Origin: Oscillospiraceae bacterium | GTDB lineage: Bacteria > Bacillota > Clostridia > Oscillospirales > UBA929 | DNA length: 62,586 nt | Reading direction: 5' to 3' | Assembly: GCA_031554075.1 (NCBI GenBank) | Contig: JAVBKJ010000011.1 | Location: forward strand, 1 to 62,586 | Shown: one piece after another, positions 57,170-62,586 of the stretch | Layout of the letters: every line of letters begins with the position of its first letter | Numbering within the stretch: the first letter of the stretch is position 1 | Notes under the pieces: model-generated | The model's database searches: none | Seen by the model: the letters and a program-made list of their open reading frames with translations, nothing else | Told to the model about the DNA's origin: nothing | Translations under genes and position numbers: made by a program

Positions 57170-58453
57170 ATGACTTTTGCCTGCTATACCCTTGGTTGTA
57201 AAACAAATCAAACAGAAACAGACGCTTTGGCGGCGATATTACAGGCACACGGACACACAGAAGTGACGTGGGGTGCGCCTTGCGATGCCGCGATTATTAA
57301 CACCTGCTCGGTGACAGCCGTGAGCGACAAAAAGTCGCGTGCGGTGATACGACGTATGCGGCGCGAACAGCCCGAGGTCGTGCTGGCGGTGCATGGCTGT
57401 ATGGCACAGGGGGGCGTTGACCCCACGCTTGGCATTGATGTTCTTGGCGGCACAGGGGATCGCAACGGCTTTTTATCGCTTGTGGAACGAGCGGTGACGG
57501 CGCGCGGCTCACAACCTGTGGCATTGCGGACGCAAGCGGCAGAACATCAGGATTTCGAGGTGTTGCCCGTCGTAACGGGTACGGCGCGCACACGTGCCTT
57601 TTTCAAAGTGCAGGACGGTTGCTCGGGCGCGTGTGCCTATTGTATTATTCCCTCGTTACGTGGTCCCTCTCGTTCGTTGTCTCTGCCCGAAGTGTTGGCA
57701 GGCGGTGACGCACTTGCCGCACAGGGGGTTTGTGAAATCGTTTTGACAGGTATCGAGATTTCTGCGTATCAAAGTGGGGCGGCAGACTTACCAACCATGG
57801 TGTCTGCCATTGCGGCGGCGCATCCTGCCATACGCTTTCGGTTGGGGTCTGTCGAGCCTAGTACGCTCACACCGCATACGATTAAAACTCTTGCCGCCAT
57901 ACCCAACCTATGTCCCCATTTTCATATTGCCTTGCAAAGCGGTTGTGATAACACATTGCTGGCGATGAACCGCCGCTATCCCATTGCCGCTGTGTCTCAT
58001 GCCTTAACACTGTTGCGCGCCGCGCTCCCTCACTGTACGCTGGGCTGCGATGTCATTGTCGGCTTTCCAGGGGAGACAGAGGAGGATTTTGCCGCGTCTC
58101 TCCAGTTTATCGAAGCGCAACAATTTACGTTTATGCACATATTCCCCTACTCCTTACGTCCGAACACGCCTGCCGCCGCTCGCACAGACCAAGTGCCTGC
58201 CCCTGTCAAGCAAGAACGCGCCAAACGCGCCGCCGCGCTTTCTGACCGCTTACTGTCGGCCCACACGGAAACACTTGTGGGACGTGAGCTGCCAGTGTTG
58301 TTTGAAACAGAGATAGACGGCGTTAGTCGCGGTCACGCAGATAACTACCGCGAAGTGCAGGTAGCCGCCACAAACCTACATAACACCGTACAACCTGTGC
58401 GCATTACCCATGCGACAAATCACATTTTGATAGGAGACCTACAATGGACTTAA
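57170..58453 (+). CDS. mtaB: tRNA (t6A37) methylthiotransferase MtaB
   Basis: Start MTFACYTLGCKTNQTETDAL after an AGGAG RBS. Radical-SAM CSGACAYC motif and a C-terminal TRAM domain. Confidence 0.85.
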   Translation: MTFACYTLGCKTNQTETDALAAILQAHGHTEVTWGAPCDAAIINTCSVTAVSDKKSRAVIRRMRREQPEVVLAVHGCMAQGGVDPTLGIDVLGGTGDRNGFLSLVERAVTARGSQPVALRTQAAEHQDFEVLPVVTGTARTRAFFKVQDGCSGACAYCIIPSLRGPSRSLSLPEVLAGGDALAAQGVCEIVLTGIEISAYQSGAADLPTMVSAIAAAHPAIRFRLGSVEPSTLTPHTIKTLAAIPNLCPHFHIALQSGCDNTLLAMNRRYPIAAVSHALTLLRAALPHCTLGCDVIVGFPGETEEDFAASLQFIEAQQFTFMHIFPYSLRPNTPAAARTDQVPAPVKQERAKRAAALSDRLLSAHTETLVGRELPVLFETEIDGVSRGHADNYREVQVAATNLHNTVQPVRITHATNHILIGDLQWT

Positions 58454-58731
58454 AAATCTTGATACCCTTAGCCGCATACGTCCTCTGGAATATTATCACA
58501 TTTTGTGTCGCCGCGTATGATAAGCGTGCCGCCACGCATAATCCCAAAAAGCGTATTCGGGAACGCACCTTTTGTATCCATGCGATACTCGGTGGCGGAC
58601 TGGGCATTTTGTTTGCGTTTTACGGACTACGCCACAAAACAAAACACCCTGGTGTGCTGGCGAGTGTGTGGATTCCCTTTATCATCGAGCTTGTGGCGGT
58701 CATTGCCCTCTATTTTCTCTTTGTACGGTAA
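58444..58731 (+). CDS. DUF1294-family membrane protein
   Basis: 95 aa with a DKRAA...RIRERTF..HAILGGGLG pattern. 10-nt overlap with mtaB. Confidence 0.7.
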   Translation: MDLKILIPLAAYVLWNIITFCVAAYDKRAATHNPKKRIRERTFCIHAILGGGLGILFAFYGLRHKTKHPGVLASVWIPFIIELVAVIALYFLFVR

Positions 58732-58763
58732 CAAAATTGGACGCAAAAAACTAATTTACACTC

Positions 58764-58792
58764 TTGACGTGTTCTTTCATGACAAGTATAAT
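58764..58792 (+). promoter_or_regulatory. Sigma-A-type promoter (TTGACG-17 nt-TATAAT) for the GH94 operon
   Basis: Read directly, 68 nt upstream of the GH94 ATG. Confidence 0.6.
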
Positions 58793-58859
58793 GGATTTGA
58801 CTATTTAGCAAACGATACCACATTGATTTTTGTGCATATATGACAAAGGAGAATGAGCT

Positions 58860-61253
58860 ATGCAATACGGTCATTTTGATGATGCGGCGCGCGAATATGT
58901 GATAACACGACCTGATGTCCCTGTCTCTTGGACGAACTATTTAGGGGTGAAGGATTTCGCCACAGCTATTTCCCACAATGCAGGCGGTTATTCTTGGTAT
59001 AAGTCGCCCGAATATCATCGCATAACCCGTTTTCGTCCCAATGGCGTGCCGATGGATCGCCCCGGACATTACGTCTATGTGCGTGATGATGACACGGGCG
59101 AGTATTGGTCTGTGTCTTGGCAGCCTGTTGGCAAGGATTTTACAAAGGCCACCTATGAGTGCCGTCACGGTCTTAGCTACTCGAAGTTTTCCTGCGATTA
59201 CACAGGTATCAAGGCGACACAAACACTCTTTATTCCTGTTGACGATGCTGTGGAACTTTGGGATGTTTTGCTCGAAAACCACAGCGACAAACCACGTAAT
59301 TTGTCTGTCTATTCCTACTGTGAGTTTTCGTATCATCACATTGCGATGGATAACCAAAATTTCCAGATGAGCTTGTATGCGTCTGGCTCTAGCTACAACG
59401 ATGGTATTATTGATTACGATTTGTATTATGAACAACACGGCTTTCAGTACTTCACGAGCAATCGTACGCCAGACGGCTACGACTGCGTGCGCGATACCTT
59501 CTTGGGCGGCTATCGCACCGAGACAAATCCGATTGCAGTGGAAACAGGGCGCATGAGCAACTCCGCCGCACTCTGCTACAACCATTGCGGCGCGCTACAA
59601 CAAAAGTTTACGCTTGCCGCGGGCGAGACAACTCGTTTTTGCTTCCTCTTGGGCGAGGGCAACCACGAAGCAGGCGTTGCCATGCGCGATAAGTACGCCA
59701 CATCCGCCGCGGTAGACGCCGCCTTTGCGGCATTGGCGCAGTTCTGGGAACAACGCTTGGCTTCTTTGCAGGTCAAGACACCTCACAACGCCTTAAATTC
59801 CATGGTGAATATCTGGACACTGTATCAGTCTGAAGTCAACGTGCTATTTAGCCGTTTTGCCTCGTTTATCGAAGTCGGTGGACGCACAGGGTTGGGTTAT
59901 CGCGACACAGCTCAGGATGCCATGTGTATCGCCAGTGCCGAACCTGCTGGTTGCCGCAATCGGTTAGAACAACTGCTGTATGGTCAAGTTTCGGCAGGAT
60001 ACGGTCTGCACTTGTTCTCCCCTGAATGGTTTATGCCCCAAGAAAAGCAACAAAGCTTCAAATCCCCCACCGTTGTGCCAACGCCTGATAAGTCTAGCAT
60101 GATACATGGCATTGAGGACACTTGTTCTGATGATGCCTTGTGGCTTGTGACCGCTGTTTGTGAATACGTCGCCGAAACTGGCGCGTTTGACTTCTTCGAA
60201 AAAGTTATCCCATACTGCGACAAGGGCGAGGCAACCGTTTACGAGCATCTAAAACAGTCGCTTGAATTCTCCTATGAACAAATCGGTGCGCATGGCGTTT
60301 GCAAAGGGTTGCGCGCGGACTGGAACGACTGCTTGAATTTAGGCGGCGGCGAGTCGGCCATGGTATCCTTCCTGCACTACTGGGCATTGGAGGCCTTTAT
60401 CAAGGCGGCACAACATTTAGGACGCACAGACGATGTGGCGCGTTACACCGACATGGCCGCCCGTGTTCAAAAGATTTGTGAAGAGCAGTTATGGGACGGC
60501 AGCTGGTATCTCCGTGGCTACACAGGTGACGGACGTAAAATCGGCACACATGAAGCCGCCGAAGGCAAGGTACACATGGAGTCTAACACTTGGGCGGTTG
60601 TCTCTGGTGCGGCTTCCCGTGAACGCGCTATCTCTTGTATGGATGCTGTCGATGAATACTTGTACACCCCCTATGGTCTGATGCTCAACGCCCCGTCCTT
60701 TAGCACGATTGACGATTCCATCGGGTTTGTCACACGTGTGTACCCAGGTGTTAAAGAAAACGGCGCGATTTTCAGCCATCCCAACCCATGGTCATGGGTT
60801 GCTGAAGCAAAGCTAGGGCGCGGCAACCGCGCGATGAAGTTCTACGATGCACTCTGCCCCGCGCTCCAAAATGACAAAATCGAGACACGTTTCTCTGAGC
60901 CATATTCCTACTGCCAATTTGTCATGGGTAAGGATAATGCCGCCTTTGGACGTGCCAACCATCCATGGATGACGGGGACTGCTGGCTGGGCGTATTTTGC
61001 ACTATCTCATTATATCTTGGGTGTTCGCCCCAGCTTTACGGGTCTTTGCATTGACCCCTGTGTCCCCTCTGATTGGAAAGAATTTAACATGACACGCAAG
61101 TTCCGCGGTGCTACCTTTGCCATTACAGTGCTGAATCCCAACGGCGTGGAAAAGGGTATTCACAGTATCACCCTTAACGGCACCCCTGTAGAAGGTGAAA
61201 TCCCTGTGCAAGCCGCAGGCACAACACATCAAGTCGTTGTTACCATGGGTTAA
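58860..61253 (+). CDS. GH94 glycoside phosphorylase (cellobiose/chitobiose phosphorylase-like)
   Basis: 797 aa. N-terminal GHFDDAAREYVITRPDVPVSWTNYLG and the catalytic-region RADWNDCLNLGG closely parallel known cellobiose phosphorylases. Confidence 0.85.
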   Translation: MQYGHFDDAAREYVITRPDVPVSWTNYLGVKDFATAISHNAGGYSWYKSPEYHRITRFRPNGVPMDRPGHYVYVRDDDTGEYWSVSWQPVGKDFTKATYECRHGLSYSKFSCDYTGIKATQTLFIPVDDAVELWDVLLENHSDKPRNLSVYSYCEFSYHHIAMDNQNFQMSLYASGSSYNDGIIDYDLYYEQHGFQYFTSNRTPDGYDCVRDTFLGGYRTETNPIAVETGRMSNSAALCYNHCGALQQKFTLAAGETTRFCFLLGEGNHEAGVAMRDKYATSAAVDAAFAALAQFWEQRLASLQVKTPHNALNSMVNIWTLYQSEVNVLFSRFASFIEVGGRTGLGYRDTAQDAMCIASAEPAGCRNRLEQLLYGQVSAGYGLHLFSPEWFMPQEKQQSFKSPTVVPTPDKSSMIHGIEDTCSDDALWLVTAVCEYVAETGAFDFFEKVIPYCDKGEATVYEHLKQSLEFSYEQIGAHGVCKGLRADWNDCLNLGGGESAMVSFLHYWALEAFIKAAQHLGRTDDVARYTDMAARVQKICEEQLWDGSWYLRGYTGDGRKIGTHEAAEGKVHMESNTWAVVSGAASRERAISCMDAVDEYLYTPYGLMLNAPSFSTIDDSIGFVTRVYPGVKENGAIFSHPNPWSWVAEAKLGRGNRAMKFYDALCPALQNDKIETRFSEPYSYCQFVMGKDNAAFGRANHPWMTGTAGWAYFALSHYILGVRPSFTGLCIDPCVPSDWKEFNMTRKFRGATFAITVLNPNGVEKGIHSITLNGTPVEGEIPVQAAGTTHQVVVTMG

Positions 61254-61283
61254 TTCGCAAGAATAATAGAAAAGAGGGACTGT

Positions 61284-62586
61284 ATGAATGTACTAAAGTT
61301 TGGCACAGGCGGCTGGCGTGCTATCATTGGTGACGAGTTTACGCGTCGCCATGTGCAAGTGCTGACCTACGCAAATTGCAAAAAGATGGAAGATGAAGGC
61401 GTTCTCAACCGCGGTGTTGTGATCGGCTATGACCGTCGGTTTCTGTCCGATATCGCGGCCCATTGGGCGGCGGAGGTCTATGCGGCGCAGGGTTGCCCTG
61501 TGCGCGTTATCAAGCACGAAGCCCCGACCCCTCTTATCATGTTTGCTGTGAAGCATTTTGATTTGCATTACGGTATGGCGATTACCGCCTCGCATAACCC
61601 AGCCATTTACAACGGTGTCAAACTATTTACACGCGGCGGTCGTGACGCTGACGAAATTGTCACCGCACAGATGGAACAATATATCGAAAAATTCTACGAT
61701 GCCGAAATCCCCCTTGTGCGGTATGAAGATGGTTTGAAGAAGGGGATTATCTCTGAAATCGACCCACAGAACACGTATATAGACTCCATTTTAGCCGCTA
61801 TCAATACCGCCGCTATCCGTGACGCAGAGCTAAATGTTGTGCTTGACCCCATGTTTGGTGTTTCTAAAACCTCACTACAAACTATTTTAATGACCGCGCG
61901 TTGCAATGTCGATGTTATCCACGAACGCCGCGACACGTTGTTTGGCGGTCGTCTGCCTTCTCCAAACGTGAATACGCTAGACGATTTGCGCACGTACGTG
62001 CTAGAGAATAAATGCGATATCGGTATTGCGACAGACGGCGACGCTGACCGTTTGGGTGTTATTGACGAAATGGGACGCTTCCTCCATCCGAACGACATTC
62101 TCGTGTTGCTTTACTACTATTTGGTGAAGTACAAGGGCTGGAAGGGATCTGTGGTGCGCAATCTTGCCACCACACATATGCTTGACCGTGTGGCTGAACA
62201 TCTCGGCGAAACTTGTTACGAAGTGCCTGTTGGCTTTAAGCATATCTCTGCAAAAATGACAGAGTCGGATGCCGTTATTGGCGGCGAATCCTCTGGTGGG
62301 CTTACCGTGCGTGGTCATATTGCAGGCAAGGACGGCATTTATGCCGCCGCGTTGCTCGTGGAGATGATTGCTGTCACTGGGCGTAAGCTGTCTGAAATGC
62401 TCAAGGAAATTCATGACAAGCTCGGTCAGCTTTACATGTGCGAACGTGACTACAGCTTTGACCCCGAAATCAAGCCGCGCGTTGTCGGCGTTCTTATGGA
62501 AGAGAAAAAACTACCTGAATTTGCTGTTGCAATTGACCATGTGTCGTATTTAGACGGCTGTAAGGTGTTTTTTGCAAACGGCGGTT
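61284..62586 (+). CDS. Alpha-D-phosphohexomutase (phosphoglucomutase/phosphomannomutase family), 3'-truncated by the window edge; not in the ORF track
   Basis: Hand translation from the ATG at 61284: MNVLKFGTGGWRAIIGDEF.... Contains ITASHNP (active-site Ser), GIATDGDADRLGV (metal loop) and GGESSGG (sugar loop). The frame is open to the end of the window. Confidence 0.9.
   Translation, partial: MNVLKFGTGGWRAIIGDEFTRRHVQVLTYANCKKMEDEGVLNRGVVIGYDRRFLSDIAAHWAAEVYAAQGCPVRVIKHEAPTPLIMFAVKHFDLHYGMAITASHNPAIYNGVKLFTRGGRDADEIVTAQMEQYIEKFYDAEIPLVRYEDGLKKGIISEIDPQNTYIDSILAAINTAAIRDAELNVVLDPMFGVSKTSLQTILMTARCNVDVIHERRDTLFGGRLPSPNVNTLDDLRTYVLENKCDIGIATDGDADRLGVIDEMGRFLHPNDILVLLYYYLVKYKGWKGSVVRNLATTHMLDRVAEHLGETCYEVPVGFKHISAKMTESDAVIGGESSGGLTVRGHIAGKDGIYAAALLVEMIAVTGRKLSEMLKEIHDKLGQLYMCERDYSFDPEIKPRVVGVLMEEKKLPEFAVAIDHVSYLDGCKVFFANGG

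Noticed and set aside
58941-59585. 214-aa minus-strand ORF.
   Set aside because: It is antisense to the GH94 phosphorylase gene, whose homology is unambiguous.
61293-62414. Three minus-strand ORFs (100, 134 and 137 aa).
   Set aside because: They are antisense to the open plus-strand phosphohexomutase frame, which carries the TASHNP, DGDADR and GGESSG motifs.

Overview
This 62.6-kb segment looks like the chromosome of a Gram-positive anaerobe of the Clostridia type. That is an inference from gene content: SLH-anchored surface protein, AgrBD, ECF S-components, DUF512-der-plsY synteny, yceD-rpmF. Coding density is high and most genes are on the minus strand.

Layout:
1. nt 2-1082: right-hand end of an integrated element. 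It holds a tyrosine integrase, an 11-bp tandem repeat, a 3' fragment of a tRNA-Thr(UGU)-like gene and that gene's own terminator.
2. nt 2170-23708: an accessory block with lower GC than its flanks.
   - An agr-type quorum-sensing cassette in the unusual order agrA-agrC-agrB-agrD. The 58-codon agrD falls below the ORF-track cutoff and I found it by hand.
   - The cassette runs with no visible terminator into two giant surface-protein genes. The first (2,496 aa) has no anchor and is built of about 24 alternating modules. The second (2,627 aa) has a beta-helix, FN3-like repeats and three SLH domains.
   - Immediately upstream sits an AT-rich orphan gene for a 793-aa protein with a roughly 100-residue glycine-zipper membrane tract. 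It lies between two 117-bp direct repeats, each carrying the same strong promoter.
3. nt 23779-62586: mostly housekeeping and metabolic genes. These include an rRNA methyltransferase, PHP phosphatase, GT39 glycosyltransferase, dnaJ, flavodiiron protein, secA, two hybrid histidine kinases, plsY, der, rpmF, a TPP riboswitch with thiT, an MCP, a DD-carboxypeptidase, mtaB, and a GH94 phosphorylase with a phosphohexomutase.

No rRNA genes, CRISPR arrays or transposases were seen.

The best candidate for an undescribed system is the quorum-sensing cassette coupled to the giant-adhesin genes, together with the repeat-flanked glycine-zipper gene that shares its promoter module.
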